Shown one piece after another: positions 1-11,008 of a stretch of DNA of 59,936 bases (positions within the stretch are counted from its first letter, which is position 1; each line of letters starts with the position of its first letter). Source of the stretch: Pseudomonadota bacterium (lineage in GTDB: Bacteria; Pseudomonadota; Alphaproteobacteria; Acetobacterales; Acetobacteraceae); assembly GCA_021801465.1 (NCBI GenBank), contig JAJYXY010000052.1, positions 1-59,936 of the forward strand, read 5' to 3'. The notes below the pieces were generated by a model. The model did no database searches. It saw nothing but the letters and a program-made list of their open reading frames with translations, and had not been told where the DNA came from. The translations under genes were made by a program, and so were the position numbers.

Positions 1-1404
1 CCGCGCGGGATCGGCAAGCAGCGCCGTGAGATCCTTCTGCTCGGCGGCCAGCGCCTTGCGTTCCTTGCGGATTTCCATCTCCTCGAGGCGGCGCAAGGCG
101 CGAAGGCGCATATTGAGGATCGCCTCGGCCTGGGTATCACTGAGAGAGAAGCGCGCCATCAGCCGTTCTTTTGGCGCGTCCTCAGTGCGGATGATGTGGA
201 TGACCTCGTCGAGATTGAGATAGACCGCGAGATAGCCGTCGAGCAGCTCGATCCGGCGTGCGATCGCGGCGAGCCGGTGGTGCGCGCGGCGTTCGAGCAC
301 CTCGTGACGATGATCGAGCCAGGCGCGGAGCAGCGCTTTGAGGCCCATGACGCGCGGCGTGCGGCCACCATCGAGGACGTTCATATTGAGGCTGACGCGG
401 GTCTCGAGGCTGGTTGCGCGAAACAGCGTCTCCATCAGCATCGCGGGATCGACGTTGCGGGCGCGCGGCTCGAACACGAGGCGCACCGTCGCGTCACTCT
501 CATCGCGGAGATCGGCAAGCAGCGGCAGTTTCTTCTCCTCGATCAAGGCGGCGATCTGCTCGATAAGCCGCGCCTTGGCGACCTGATAAGGGATTTCGGT
601 CACGACGACGCGCCAGGTGCCGTGCTTGCCCTGCTCGACCTCGAAGCGGGCGCGAAGCCGGAGGCTGCCGCGCCCGGTTTCATAGGCGGCGAGCAGGGTC
701 TCGGCGTCCTCGACGAGGATGCCGCCGGTCGGAAAATCGGGGCCGGGCATGAAGCGGAGGAGGTCGGCCGTGCTCGCCTCGGGCTGATGGATGAGATGGC
801 AGGCGGCGGCGCAGATCTCGCCGGCATTGTGCGGCGGGATATTGGTCGCCATGCCGACCGCAATCCCGCTCGCGCCATTGGCGAGCAGATTGGGGAAAGA
901 CGCCGGCAGCACCACCGGCTCTTCTTCCTCGCCATCATAGGTCGGGCGGAAATCGACGGCGTTTTCCGCGATCCCCTCGAGCAGCGCCCGCGCGACCGCG
1001 GTCATGCGCGCCTCGGTATAGCGCATGGCGGCGGCGTTATCGCCGTCGATATTGCCGAAATTGCCCTGCCCCTCGACCAGCGGATAGCGCGCCGCGAAAT
1101 CCTGCGCGAGCCGCACCAGCGCCTCATAGACGGCGACATCGCCATGGGGGTGGAATTTGCCGATGACATCGCCGACGACGCGGGCGCATTTCTTGAACCC
1201 GGCTTCCGGGTCGAGGCGCAATTGATGCATCGCGTAAACCAGGCGGCGATGCACCGGCTTCAACCCGTCGCGCGCATCGGGGAGCGAGCGCGCCATGATG
1301 GTCGAGAGCGCATAGGCGAGATAGCGCTCGCCAAGCGCATCGGCGAGCGGCGCCTCATGGACGCGCCCGGCGGGCGGGGGGTCAGGGGTCAGGATTTCGG
1401 ACAT
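1..1404 (-). CDS. parC: DNA topoisomerase IV subunit A (5' part; runs off the left edge)
   Basis: Not in the ORF track. Manual translation from the ATG at 1404 gives MSEILTPD...[30 protein letters not shown]...[20 protein letters not shown]...[16 protein letters not shown] and KKCAR are ParC-like rather than GyrA-like; recO-parC linkage is typical. Confidence 0.93.
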   Translation of the reverse strand, partial: MSEILTPDPPPAGRVHEAPLADALGERYLAYALSTIMARSLPDARDGLKPVHRRLVYAMHQLRLDPEAGFKKCARVVGDVIGKFHPHGDVAVYEALVRLAQDFAARYPLVEGQGNFGNIDGDNAAAMRYTEARMTAVARALLEGIAENAVDFRPTYDGEEEEPVVLPASFPNLLANGASGIAVGMATNIPPHNAGEICAAACHLIHQPEASTADLLRFMPGPDFPTGGILVEDAETLLAAYETGRGSLRLRARFEVEQGKHGTWRVVVTEIPYQVAKARLIEQIAALIEEKKLPLLADLRDESDATVRLVFEPRARNVDPAMLMETLFRATSLETRVSLNMNVLDGGRTPRVMGLKALLRAWLDHRHEVLERRAHHRLAAIARRIELLDGYLAVYLNLDEVIHIIRTEDAPKERLMARFSLSDTQAEAILNMRLRALRRLEEMEIRKERKALAAEQKDLTALLADPAR

Positions 1405-2180
1405 GGGCTCTCCTCGCGGCGTTCCCCCTCATGGCTAAGCCCCGGCTCGGCGAGCCGCAAGACGCGCTCGTAAAGCGCCTGGCGTGCCGCCGGCAGCGGC
1501 TGATGGCGGGCGCCGAAGACCTCGCGGGCGAGAAAATGGCCGGTCAGACGCAGGCCTGCGGCGAGCGCTTCGGCATCGATCGCTGCCTCCGGGTCGCAGA
1601 GAAAGGCGGGCAGGCAAAGAAGCCGACCGCGCCAGGGGCCTGCCGCCGCCCGGCTCACGGCGCGGCCGCTGCGTGGCGAGACGAAGGCGAGATCTTCCCC
1701 AACCCCGGTCAGCGCGCACGAGGAAAGATCGAGGCCATAGCCGAGTTCGGCGAGCAGCCCCGCCTCAAAGCGGACCAGCTCTGCGAGCCCCGCGGCCGCC
1801 GTCTCCGGCCCCGAAACCCCCTCGATCAGGCGCCAGAGCGCGGCGAAAACGCGCGGATGCGGCGCCTGCTCGGGGAGCGCGCCGGCAATCGTTGCGCAAA
1901 TCGCACTCAGCAGCGCAAGCCGCAGCGGATCATCGAGCACGAGGGCGGCGGCGACGCGAATCGGTTCGGCGGTGAAATGGCCGAGCTGCTCGGCGAGCCG
2001 CCCCTGCCAACGCGCGGCGATCAGATTGCCACTTTGCCACAATGCCGCCTGGCGCCGCCCCTGCCCGCCGCGCACCAGCCCGCGCCGACGCCCCTCGGCT
2101 TCGGTGAGCAGGGTCGCGATGGCATCATGCTCGCCAAAGGGGCGCATTTCGAGGATGATCGCCGGTGCCTGCCAATCCAT
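1389..2180 (-). CDS. recO: DNA repair protein RecO
   Basis: [26 protein letters not shown]...[10 protein letters not shown]; [15 protein letters not shown]...[10 protein letters not shown]. Start trimmed to ATG 2180. Confidence 0.93.
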   Translation of the reverse strand: MDWQAPAIILEMRPFGEHDAIATLLTEAEGRRRGLVRGGQGRRQAALWQSGNLIAARWQGRLAEQLGHFTAEPIRVAAALVLDDPLRLALLSAICATIAGALPEQAPHPRVFAALWRLIEGVSGPETAAAGLAELVRFEAGLLAELGYGLDLSSCALTGVGEDLAFVSPRSGRAVSRAAAGPWRGRLLCLPAFLCDPEAAIDAEALAAGLRLTGHFLAREVFGARHQPLPAARQALYERVLRLAEPGLSHEGERREESPCPKS

Positions 2181-2338
2181 GGCGCGGGGAGCCCTTATCT
2201 GCGCAATTTGTCGCGCCCTCTCGATATCGCGCAACGAGCGGGCTGGCGAGAGTGGCGCGGCGCGGTTTCCTCGCGGCGCGACCGGCCTTGCAGCGCGGCG
2301 GGGTTGCAATTCGCGCCAAGGCGGGGAAGATCGCGGTC

Positions 2339-4828
2339 ATGGCGATTTTCGCGTCGCGGGTGAGATGCGTGCTCGGGCCCACCAACACGGGCAAGACGCA
2401 TTTGGCGATGGAGCGGCTGCTCGCGCATGGCTCGGGGATCATCGGCTTTCCGCTGCGGCTGCTTGCGCGCGAAAATTACGAGCGCATGGTCGCAGCCAAG
2501 GGTGAGGCACGGGTCGCCCTGATCACCGGTGAGGAAAAAATCGTCCCCCCCGGCGCGCGCTGGTTTTCCTGCACGGTGGAAGCGATGCCGCTCGAGCGGC
2601 CGGTGGAGTTTCTCGCCGTCGATGAAATCCAGCTCTGCGCCGATCCCGATCGCGGCCATATCTTCACCGCCCGCCTGCTCGCCGCGCGCGGCCTCGTCGA
2701 GACGATGTTCCTCGGCGCGGAAACCATCCGCCCGCTCCTGCGCCGGCTGGTTCCGGAGGCGGAGATCGAGACCCGGCCGCGGCTCTCGCGCCTCGTGCAT
2801 GAGGGGGCGATCAAGCTCGCACGGCTCGCGCCGCGCACCGCCATCGTCGCCTTCAGCGCCGAGGAGGTCTATGCCATCGCCGAGGCGATCCGGCGCCGGC
2901 GCGGCGGCTGCGCCGTGGTGATGGGGCGGATGGCGCCGCGCACGCGCAACGCCCAGGTCGCCCTCTATCAAAACCGCGAGGTCGATTTTCTGGTGGCGAC
3001 GGATGCCATCGGCATGGGCCTTAACATGGATGTCGATCACGTCGCCTTCGCCGGGCTTGGCAAATTCGATGGCCGCCGGCCGCGCCGCCTCACCGCGCCG
3101 GAACTTGCGCAAATCGCCGGGCGCGCCGGGCGCGGCTTGCGCGACGGCGGCTTCGGCACCACCGGGCAATGCCCACCGCTCGATGACGCGCTCGCCAGCG
3201 CCATCGAGGAGCACCGTTTCGAACCCTTGGCGCAGATTTTCTGGCGCAATCCGGCGCTTGATTTCTCCTCGCCGGAGGCCTTGCTCGAGAGTTTGCAGGC
3301 CCCACCGCCGGGCCCCGGCCTGATCCGCGGCAATGAGGCGAGCGACGTCGCGACGCTCGCCGCCCTGATCCGCGACCCCGAGCTCCGCGCGCTTGCCAAA
3401 GGCCCGCGTCGCGTCGCAGAGCTCTGGGAAGCCGCCTCGATCCCGGATTTTCGAAAACTCGGCGATGACAGCCACGCACGCTTTTGCGGCCGGATTTTCG
3501 CCCATCTCGCGCGCGGCGAAAAACTGCCCGCCGCCTGGATCGCCGGCCAAATCGCCGCCCTCGACCGGGCGGAGGGGGATATCGATACGCTGATGCAGCG
3601 CCTGGCGGGCATACGCATTTGGGCCTATGTCGCGGCCCGCCCGAACTGGCTCACCCATGCCGCAGACTGGCAGGCGCGCGCCCGCGCGGTCGAGGATTTG
3701 CTCTCCGATGCCCTGCATGAGCGGCTGACGGCGCGTTTCGTCGATCGCCGGGCGACACAGATCCTCCGCCGGCTCGACGCGGGGGAGGGGGAAAAACTGC
3801 TCGCCGCCGTGACCGCGAGCGGCGAGGTGGTGGTCGAGGGGCACAGCGTCGGGCAGATGCACGGCCTCGCTTTCGCGCCCGACCCGCGCGGGCTCGGCGA
3901 TCAGCGCCGGCTGATGGAACGCGCAGCGCGGCGCGCGCTCACCGCCGAGGTCGGGCGGCGGGTCTCAGCCCTCGCGGGCCTTCCCGATAACGCGCTCAGC
4001 CTCACCGCCGATCATCGCATCCTGTGGGAGGGGGCGCCGCTTGCGCGGCTTTACGCCGGGGCAAGCCTCGCCCGGCCGCGCATCACCGTCGGCGAAAGCC
4101 ATTTCCTTGCCGCAAGCCTGGTCCCACGCATCGAGGCACGCATCGCCCGCTACCTCGAGCATCGGGTCGCCGCCGATCTTGCCCCGCTCTTTCGCTTTCT
4201 CGCAGAGGCGACCGAACCAGCGCTTCGCGGCGTGGCCCATCTCCTCGGCGAAAGCCTCGGCGTCGTCGCGGGAGAGCCGATCGCGCCGCCGGCGCGGGCG
4301 CTTTTCGCCCGCCATGGCGGCATCGCCGGCCGGTTTGCGTTCTGGCTGCCGGCGATGCTGAAGCCGCGCGCGATGGCGCTGAGGGCACAGCTTTTCGCCA
4401 TTGCGCGTGGCATCGAGACGCCGCCGCTGCCGCGCCCCGGCGCGGTCGCACTGGCGGCGCCGGCGCCTTGGCCGATGGATTTGTCGCTGGCACTGGGCTG
4501 GCTGCCGGCCGGGCCGGTGCTGGTTCGGCTCGACATCGCCGAGCGGATCGCCGCCGAACTCACCCGCGCGACACGGCGCGGGCCGGCACCGCTCGCGGCT
4601 GATCTCCCCGCGCGCCTTGGCATCAAGGCCGCCCTCTTGCCGGCGGTTTTGCGCGCACTCGGCTTTCGCCTCTCGCCCGCCTCGACGCTGCCGACAAACT
4701 GCGCCGGCCCGCCCGCGCCGCCGATGATCACGGCGCGCAAATCCACCCCGCGGCGCTATCCCGAGCGCGACGAGGCGCCAAAAGCCGAGAGCCCGTTTGC
4801 CGCCCTCGCCGCGCTTCGCCATGGCTGA
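2339..4828 (+). CDS. Suv3/MgpS-like SF2 helicase
   Basis: Motifs LGPTNTGKT, VDEIQ, VATDAIGMGLN, QIAGRAGR; C-terminal SPFAALAALR. Start set to ATG 2339. Confidence 0.9.
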   Translation: MAIFASRVRCVLGPTNTGKTHLAMERLLAHGSGIIGFPLRLLARENYERMVAAKGEARVALITGEEKIVPPGARWFSCTVEAMPLERPVEFLAVDEIQLCADPDRGHIFTARLLAARGLVETMFLGAETIRPLLRRLVPEAEIETRPRLSRLVHEGAIKLARLAPRTAIVAFSAEEVYAIAEAIRRRRGGCAVVMGRMAPRTRNAQVALYQNREVDFLVATDAIGMGLNMDVDHVAFAGLGKFDGRRPRRLTAPELAQIAGRAGRGLRDGGFGTTGQCPPLDDALASAIEEHRFEPLAQIFWRNPALDFSSPEALLESLQAPPPGPGLIRGNEASDVATLAALIRDPELRALAKGPRRVAELWEAASIPDFRKLGDDSHARFCGRIFAHLARGEKLPAAWIAGQIAALDRAEGDIDTLMQRLAGIRIWAYVAARPNWLTHAADWQARARAVEDLLSDALHERLTARFVDRRATQILRRLDAGEGEKLLAAVTASGEVVVEGHSVGQMHGLAFAPDPRGLGDQRRLMERAARRALTAEVGRRVSALAGLPDNALSLTADHRILWEGAPLARLYAGASLARPRITVGESHFLAASLVPRIEARIARYLEHRVAADLAPLFRFLAEATEPALRGVAHLLGESLGVVAGEPIAPPARALFARHGGIAGRFAFWLPAMLKPRAMALRAQLFAIARGIETPPLPRPGAVALAAPAPWPMDLSLALGWLPAGPVLVRLDIAERIAAELTRATRRGPAPLAADLPARLGIKAALLPAVLRALGFRLSPASTLPTNCAGPPAPPMITARKSTPRRYPERDEAPKAESPFAALAALRHG

Positions 4829-5117
4829 GCCAGCCCCCGCTTCGGCCCTGGCTTCAGAATCGTGGCAGCGTCTCGATAAATGGCTATTTTGCGCGCGTTT
4901 TCGGCGAAGCCGTGCGGCGTGCGCGCGGCTGGTCGCGGAAGGCTTGCTCCGCGTCAACCGCCAACGCGTGGAAAAGCCCGATTATCGGCTGCGTATCGGC
5001 GATGTCGTCACCATGCCGGTGGGGCATGGGGTGAGGGTGCTGCGGGTCGCGGCCCTCGCCGAGCGGCGCGGCGGGCCAGAGGCGGCGCGGGCGCTTTATG
5101 ACGAGATTCCGCCCTGA
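4821..5117 (+). CDS. S4-domain RNA-binding protein (Hsp15-like)
   Basis: QRLDKWLFCARFRRSR...G.LRVN...ERRG...ARALY; overlaps the helicase stop. Confidence 0.9.
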   Translation: MAEPAPASALASESWQRLDKWLFCARFRRSRAACARLVAEGLLRVNRQRVEKPDYRLRIGDVVTMPVGHGVRVLRVAALAERRGGPEAARALYDEIPP

Positions 5118-5249
5118 CAGGAACAGGATCCGGCCAGCCACATCGCGCGCCGCTCTCTTGCGCAGACGCGAAGAAGACGGCATATCGCGGGCCATATAGG
5201 CCCGTGGTGGCGGGCAAGCGGTGGCCGCCGATCGATCGAGGAGAGCGCA

Positions 5250-5582
5250 ATGACCTACGTGGTCACGGAAAACTGCATTCGTTGCAAATTTATGGACTGC
5301 GTCGAAGTGTGCCCGGTCGATTGTTTCTATGTCGGCGCGAATATGTTGGTGATCCATCCCGATGAATGTATCGATTGCGGGGTTTGCGAGCCGGAATGCC
5401 CGGCGGAGGCGATCGTCCCCGATAGCGACGATCGCGCGAGTGCCTGGCTCGAAGCCAATCGCACCTATGCCGGGCAATGGCCGAACATCACCCGCAAGGG
5501 CACACCGCCCGAGGACGCGGATGAATGGAAGGACAAGCCCGGCAAAGCGGAATTGTTCTCGCCCGATCCCGGCACACCCTGA
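5250..5582 (+). CDS. fdxA: 7Fe ferredoxin (FdxA family)
   Basis: [26 protein letters not shown]...[12 protein letters not shown]; GAGGAG RBS upstream. Confidence 0.95.
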   Translation: MTYVVTENCIRCKFMDCVEVCPVDCFYVGANMLVIHPDECIDCGVCEPECPAEAIVPDSDDRASAWLEANRTYAGQWPNITRKGTPPEDADEWKDKPGKAELFSPDPGTP

Positions 5583-5739
5583 TTTCTCGCAGCACGCGCG
5601 AGGGGTGACCACGCGCGCGGGTTATGCTAGGATGACAAAATTCGCGATGCTATCTGCGCGGAAATTCTCTGCGCCGAGATAGGCGTTGCCCATAATAACG
5701 CGTTTGAAATAACGCGGACGGAATAACGAGGTTGGATGA

Positions 5740-6369
5740 ATGAAACCTGCCGCGGCGGTTGCCGCTCCCGCTGACGCGACCCCCGAGGATGAGGCGGTGA
5801 CCGATAAGGCCTCGGCAAAGCCGGCGCCGCCGCGCACGGACAGGCCGCGTGCGCCCGCGAAAGCGGAAAAATTCGTCGCCGGAGATTATGTCGTCTACCC
5901 TACCCACGGCGTCGGCAAGGTCGAGCGGATCGCAACCGAGGAAATCGCCGGGCACCGGCTGGAGCTGATCCACATCACCTTCGAAGAAAACCGGATGACG
6001 CTCCGCGTGCCGGTGGCAAAGGCGCGGAGCGCGGGCTTGCGCAAACTCGCGACGCGCAAGCTGTTCGATGAGGCGCTCGCGGTGCTCAAGGGGCGGGCCC
6101 GGATCAAGCGGACGATGTGGTCACGCCGGGCGCAGGAATACGAGGCGAAGATCAATTCCGGCGATCCCTTGGCGGTCGCGGAAGTGGTGCGCGATCTCCG
6201 CCGCAACGCCGGCCAGCCCGATCAGAGTTTTAGCGAGCGGCAGATTTTCGAGGCCGCGTTGGACCGCTTGGCCGCCGAACTTGCAGCACTCGACAAAACC
6301 GACAAGCCGACAGCGCTCACCAAACTGCTCGGCGTACTCGGTCTCAGCGATATTCGCCCGCCGGTCTGA
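5740..6369 (+). CDS. carD: CarD/CdnL family RNA polymerase-binding regulator
   Basis: VVYPTHGVG...TMWSRRAQEYEAKINSGD...EVVRDL...SFSERQ. Confidence 0.93.
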   Translation: MKPAAAVAAPADATPEDEAVTDKASAKPAPPRTDRPRAPAKAEKFVAGDYVVYPTHGVGKVERIATEEIAGHRLELIHITFEENRMTLRVPVAKARSAGLRKLATRKLFDEALAVLKGRARIKRTMWSRRAQEYEAKINSGDPLAVAEVVRDLRRNAGQPDQSFSERQIFEAALDRLAAELAALDKTDKPTALTKLLGVLGLSDIRPPV

Positions 6370-6440
6370 TCGCGGCCATCGCGCGAAAGAAGCGGTTTTT
6401 CCGCTGACATCAGGCCTCGGGCGAGGCGGTTTGATCGGCC

Positions 6441-6863
6441 TTATTTACAGCCCGCGGGAAGGTGGAAATCGGCGCTGCCCGCCCACTGGCCGGCTGGATA
6501 GCAGGGCCAGCTTTTTTTGCCGTAATCGCTGACCTGCATGGTGCTGCCGCCCAGGCCGCCCAAAAACGGCCCGCCCTGGACGGACGTATCGGTCGAGCCC
6601 CAGGGAATTTGTGTATCCGCGAAACCGGCGCCCGGCTGCAAGCTGCCGCCATGCATGCCGTTGGCCGCGCTCATGCTGCCGCGCGAGCCGCCATTGGCGG
6701 CGCTGGCGCTGCCAGCGGCGCCGACCCCGGCCGCCGCACTCCCTGATGACGCGGCGCCGGCGGCACCGCCATGGTGTCCGCCATGGCCACCGCCGTGCGC
6801 TGCGAGCGCGTGGCTGGCGCCGAATGCCAGGATCGCGACCGAAGCATAAAACATCGCACGCAT
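6441..6863 (-). CDS. Secreted Gly/Ala/His-rich hypothetical protein
   Basis: GGAGG RBS 7 nt before ATG 6863; signal peptide MRAMFYASVAILAFGASHALA; low-complexity middle; C-terminal segment with two Cys. Confidence 0.7.
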   Translation of the reverse strand: MRAMFYASVAILAFGASHALAAHGGGHGGHHGGAAGAASSGSAAAGVGAAGSASAANGGSRGSMSAANGMHGGSLQPGAGFADTQIPWGSTDTSVQGGPFLGGLGGSTMQVSDYGKKSWPCYPAGQWAGSADFHLPAGCK

Positions 6864-7014
6864 CGTCACACCTCCCTTGGTTTTACCAACATGCGAGAGG
6901 CAACGCGCCGCCCGCTCATTGGCGCAGTATACCGAAGAGGTATGTGGTGGGGCGCGGGAATGTCGCCACCCCGCGCTTTCATCAAAACATCATTTTTTGG
7001 CGATCCGGCACCGC

Positions 7015-8619
7015 TTATGGTGCCGGGATCATCCCTGGGATGACGTATTGCTGCACCAGCACGAGAAGGCCGAGCAATATCGTCATGACGATGCTATGGA
7101 TGAAGGTGCGGGCGAAAACGACGCCTTCTTGGCCTTTGAGATCGGTGGTCGAAACCCCGGTCGCGATATTTTGCGGCGAGATCATCTTGCCCATGACGCC
7201 GCCCGAGGAATTGGTCGCGGCGATCAGCACCGGGTTGAGCTGAAGCTGGTTCGCCGCCACCACCTGGAGATTACCGAATAGGGCGTTACCCGAGGTGTCG
7301 CTGCCGGAGAGAAACACCGCGACCCAGCCGAGGAAGGGCGAAACCAGCGGGAACAAAAGGCCGAGCGAGGCAACGCCGAGGCCGAGCGTGTAGGTCATGC
7401 CAGAGTAATTCATCAGGAAGGCGAGGCCGACGATGAGGGCGACGGTCAGGATGGCGATCCGGGTCTGACGCCAGGTATCGCCGATCGCCTTGAAGAAGCC
7501 GCCGGGCCCGACCCCCATCAGCCCCGCCGCGACAATGGCGGCGAGCAGGATCGCGGTGCCGGTGCCGAGCGGCTGGAAATCCCAGATCGCGGCATAGGGC
7601 GTCTTATAGAGGGTGATGAACACCGCCTTGTGCAGACCCGGCCAGGCGATTTTCATATCGCCGATCAGGAAGATTTTCAGGATCGTCCAGACGATCACCA
7701 CGACCGAGACCAGCACCCAAGGGAGCCAGGCCGACCATGGGCTCAGCGTCGCGTGGCGGGCGCCCTCGCGGATGCTGCTCGCAACGGCGTAAGCCGGATC
7801 ATGCGCCGGGCGCCAGATTTTGAGGAAGCTGACGGTGACGATGAGCGAAACCAGCGAGGACAGCACGTCGGTCAGGGCATAATTGACGTAATTGGAGACG
7901 ACGAACTGGGTGAGCGCGAAGCTCGCGCCGGCGATGAGCAGCATCGGCCAGACCGCGGCGAGCGAGCGCCGCCCGCCATAAAGCGCCATGACGTAGAAGG
8001 GCAGGATGAAGGCGAAGAACGGCAATTGCCGCCCGACCATCTGCCCGAGCGGCAATGCCGGCAGGTGCGTCACCGCGCCGAGCACGGTGATGGGAACGCC
8101 GAGTGCTCCGAAGGCAACCGGCGCGGTGTTGAAAATCAACGTATAGGTGAGCGCCTCGAGCGGCCGGAAGCCGACCATGATCAGGAGGGAAGAGGTGATC
8201 GCGACCGGCGTTCCGAACCCGGCGATGCCTTCGAGGAGGGCGCCGAAACAGAACGCCACCACCACCAGGATGACCCGGCGGTCATTGGGGAGATGCTCCA
8301 AGACCCAGTCGCGGAACGCATCGAAGCGCCCGGCGGCCACCGCGATATTATAAAGCAGAAGCGCGGTGAAGACGATCCACATCACCGGCCAGACGGCAAA
8401 GACGATGCCGTTGGCGACCGCATTGAAGGCAAGTCCAGCCGGCATTTGCCAGACCCCGATCGCGATGACGAGGCCAACGATCAGCCCGGCGAGCGAGGAT
8501 TGCCACGCCGGGCGCTGCGCGACGCCGAGCAGCGCGAGTACGACGGCAATCGGCAAGGCCGCGACAGCAAAGGACGCCGGCAAGCTCCCCGCGACTGGCG
8601 TCAAGAGCTGGTTAAACAT
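7015..8619 (-). CDS. lldP: L-lactate permease (LctP/LldP family)
   Basis: Polytopic membrane protein with LLEGIAGFGTPVAI, NTAPVAFGALG, LSGSDTSGNALFG, MGKMISPQ. Confidence 0.92.
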   Translation of the reverse strand: MFNQLLTPVAGSLPASFAVAALPIAVVLALLGVAQRPAWQSSLAGLIVGLVIAIGVWQMPAGLAFNAVANGIVFAVWPVMWIVFTALLLYNIAVAAGRFDAFRDWVLEHLPNDRRVILVVVAFCFGALLEGIAGFGTPVAITSSLLIMVGFRPLEALTYTLIFNTAPVAFGALGVPITVLGAVTHLPALPLGQMVGRQLPFFAFILPFYVMALYGGRRSLAAVWPMLLIAGASFALTQFVVSNYVNYALTDVLSSLVSLIVTVSFLKIWRPAHDPAYAVASSIREGARHATLSPWSAWLPWVLVSVVVIVWTILKIFLIGDMKIAWPGLHKAVFITLYKTPYAAIWDFQPLGTGTAILLAAIVAAGLMGVGPGGFFKAIGDTWRQTRIAILTVALIVGLAFLMNYSGMTYTLGLGVASLGLLFPLVSPFLGWVAVFLSGSDTSGNALFGNLQVVAANQLQLNPVLIAATNSSGGVMGKMISPQNIATGVSTTDLKGQEGVVFARTFIHSIVMTILLGLLVLVQQYVIPGMIPAP

Positions 8620-8860
8620 GATTTTCCCCCCAGATCAGCAACTTCGTCTGCGTCTTAACAGAGACTGGCGGCATCTGCCAAATGGCGCCGTGGCCGAGCC
8701 CTTTGGGGCAACCCGATCGGCGCCGGAAAATGCCGCGCTGATACCCTCGATACGCCCCCTTTGTTGCCTCGGACAGCGATATCACGTTGTCACGCGACCG
8801 CGAGTTTGTTAGAATGCGGCGATGTAAGATGAAAGTTTTTGGGAAGGGCGTGGGGTGTCT

Positions 8861-9547
8861 ATGCAACCAAACGTTGTTGTTGCGCGCGTTCATCGCTCCT
8901 GGCTTGCTGAAATGGAGCGCCGCCTTCTCACCTATTTCGCGAAATCGCTACCGCGATCGCTCTCACCCAATCATCTTACGGCGCTCGGTCTCCTGGGGGC
9001 AGCGGGGGCCGGGGTTTTTTTTGTCGCCAGCGTGTTTTCCCCGCGTTTCCTGCCGTTTGCCGCGCTCTCTCTCGCGCTCAACTGGTTTGGCGACTCCCTC
9101 GATGGCACGCTCGCGCGGTATCGCGGCATCGAGCGTCCGCGCTCGGGGTTTTTTCTCGATCACAGCGTCGATGTCCTCGCCCAGATCCTGATTTTCTTCG
9201 GCCTCGGCCTCTCGCCCTATATGCGTTTCGACGTCGCCTGCCTTGCCCTGCTCAGCTATTGGCTAGCCGCGCTTTATAGCTTCATCCGGGCCGTCGCCGC
9301 GGGTCTCTTTCAAATCAGCTATTTCGGCATCGGGCCGACGGAAATTCGCCTCGGCCTGATCGCCTATACGGTGGTGGTCTGGGCGCTCGGCCCGCTTCGT
9401 ATGGCGTCCCCGATCGGGCCCGTGACCCCGATCGACATCATCGTGCCCCTGATATTCGCCACCGTTTTCCTCGCCTACGTCGCCGCCATTCCGCCCGAGG
9501 CACGCAGGCTCGCGGCGCTCGATGCGCTGCGCGGGTCGCGCGACTAG
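8861..9547 (+). CDS. CDP-alcohol phosphatidyltransferase family protein
   Basis: Signature DSLDGTLARYRGIERPRSGFFLDHSVD (DxxDGxxAR...GxxxDxxxD); LSPNHLT. Confidence 0.9.
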   Translation: MQPNVVVARVHRSWLAEMERRLLTYFAKSLPRSLSPNHLTALGLLGAAGAGVFFVASVFSPRFLPFAALSLALNWFGDSLDGTLARYRGIERPRSGFFLDHSVDVLAQILIFFGLGLSPYMRFDVACLALLSYWLAALYSFIRAVAAGLFQISYFGIGPTEIRLGLIAYTVVVWALGPLRMASPIGPVTPIDIIVPLIFATVFLAYVAAIPPEARRLAALDALRGSRD

Positions 9548-9606
9548 CCGTCCGCCGCCGACGCCATCGCCTGCGTGAACTCACAAGCGCCGGATCTCGC
9601 AGACCC

Positions 9607-10977
9607 GTGACCTCTCCCGCAGGCAGTGATGGCGGGCACGGGCCTGCGCCCGCCATCGTGCATGATGTTTTGCGCCTGTTTCTCGCTGCCGGCGACCCGA
9701 CGCCGCGCGGTATCGATCGCGTCGATTTCGCCTATGTGCGATTTTTGTGCGACGAATGGCCCGGCCCGTTCCATGGCGTTCTGCCAACGCCGCTCGGCCC
9801 GCGCCTCATCGATCGGGCGCGGATCAAGGGCGGGTTGCAGGCGCTTCGGGCGCTGTGGCGCGAAGACATCGATCCCGCCACCGACCCCACCTTCATCTAT
9901 GTACGAGACCGCCTTCTCGCCCCTCAGACGAGCGCGCAGGCAGCGCAAGCACCGGCACCGCAAGCACCGGCAACGCAAGGACCGGCAACACCCGCGCGCG
10001 CGGCGTTTGCCCGGTTTCGCGAACTCGGCCAGCACGCCGGCCTATCGCTCGGCGGCGATGCGCTTTGCCATGCCCCGCGCGGCGCGCTCTATCTCAATGT
10101 CGGGCAGATCGGCTGGGCTGCGCCCATGACCACCCTCTGGCTTGCGCGCAGGCCCGATATCCGGCCCGTCTTCATGCTGCACGATACGATTCCGGTCGAA
10201 AATCGCGAGCTCGTCTCTTTTCTCGGCCATTGGACGCACCGCATGATGCTGCAGACCGTGGCGCGCCGCGGGGCGGCGCTAATCAGCACCACGGAAAACG
10301 CGGCGGTTGCGGTGCAGACAGCCTTGGCGCGGCGCGGGCGCGGCGCGATGCCGTGTTTTCGCGCCCCCCTCCCGGTCTCCTCCGCCTTTCTCGCGCCCCC
10401 CCCTCCCGATCCGGCGCTGGCACGGCGGCCCTATTTTCTCGTCTGCGGCGCCATCGAGCCGCGCAAAAATCTCACCCTCCTTCTCGATGTCTGGCGCACA
10501 CTGGCACCGGACTTCGTCGGACCCGCGCCGGCTTTGGTCGTCGCCGGCGCGCTCGCCCGCCGCGGCGAGGAAATCATGCCGCGCCTGCGCGCGGGCGGGC
10601 CCGACATCATCGTCGCGACGGCTCTTTCCACCCCGGCGCTGCGCCAGTTGATGGCCCACGCGCGCGCCCTCCTCATGCCCTCGCTCGCCGAGGGGTTTGG
10701 CCTGCCGATCATTGAGGCACTCACCCTGGGCACACCAGTGCTGGCCTCGGCGTTGCCGGCACATCGCGAAGCCGGGGGAGAGTTTCCGCTCTATCTCGAT
10801 CCGTGCGACCCCGCCGCGTGGCGCGCGGAGATCCTCCGCCTCGCGTCAGATCCGCAGCACCACGCGGCGCTGCAACAGCGTCTGCGGGCCTATAAGCCCT
10901 TGACCGAGGCACGCTATTTCGCGTCTGCTGGCCGTTTTCTCCGCGATCTTGCGCAACACGCCGCAAGCGGGGCATGA
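9607..10977 (+). CDS. Glycosyltransferase, GT4 (GT-B) family
   Basis: TPRGIDRV, MLHDTIP, GAIEPRKNL, PSLAEGFGLPIIEA. Confidence 0.88.
   Translation: MTSPAGSDGGHGPAPAIVHDVLRLFLAAGDPTPRGIDRVDFAYVRFLCDEWPGPFHGVLPTPLGPRLIDRARIKGGLQALRALWREDIDPATDPTFIYVRDRLLAPQTSAQAAQAPAPQAPATQGPATPARAAFARFRELGQHAGLSLGGDALCHAPRGALYLNVGQIGWAAPMTTLWLARRPDIRPVFMLHDTIPVENRELVSFLGHWTHRMMLQTVARRGAALISTTENAAVAVQTALARRGRGAMPCFRAPLPVSSAFLAPPPPDPALARRPYFLVCGAIEPRKNLTLLLDVWRTLAPDFVGPAPALVVAGALARRGEEIMPRLRAGGPDIIVATALSTPALRQLMAHARALLMPSLAEGFGLPIIEALTLGTPVLASALPAHREAGGEFPLYLDPCDPAAWRAEILRLASDPQHHAALQQRLRAYKPLTEARYFASAGRFLRDLAQHAASGA
9944..9988 (+). repeat. 15-bp in-frame tandem repeat x3 (QAPAP/QAPAT/QGPAT linker)
   Basis: cgcaagcaccggcac / cgcaagcaccggcaa / cgcaaggaccggcaa. 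Confidence 0.85.
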
Positions 10978-11008
10978 AGGCGCCATCGTTGGCAGGATTA
11001 GGTACGGC

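Noticed and set aside
196-1473. 425-aa plus-strand ORF
   Set aside because: Antisense shadow of parC, which the track missed because it runs off the edge.
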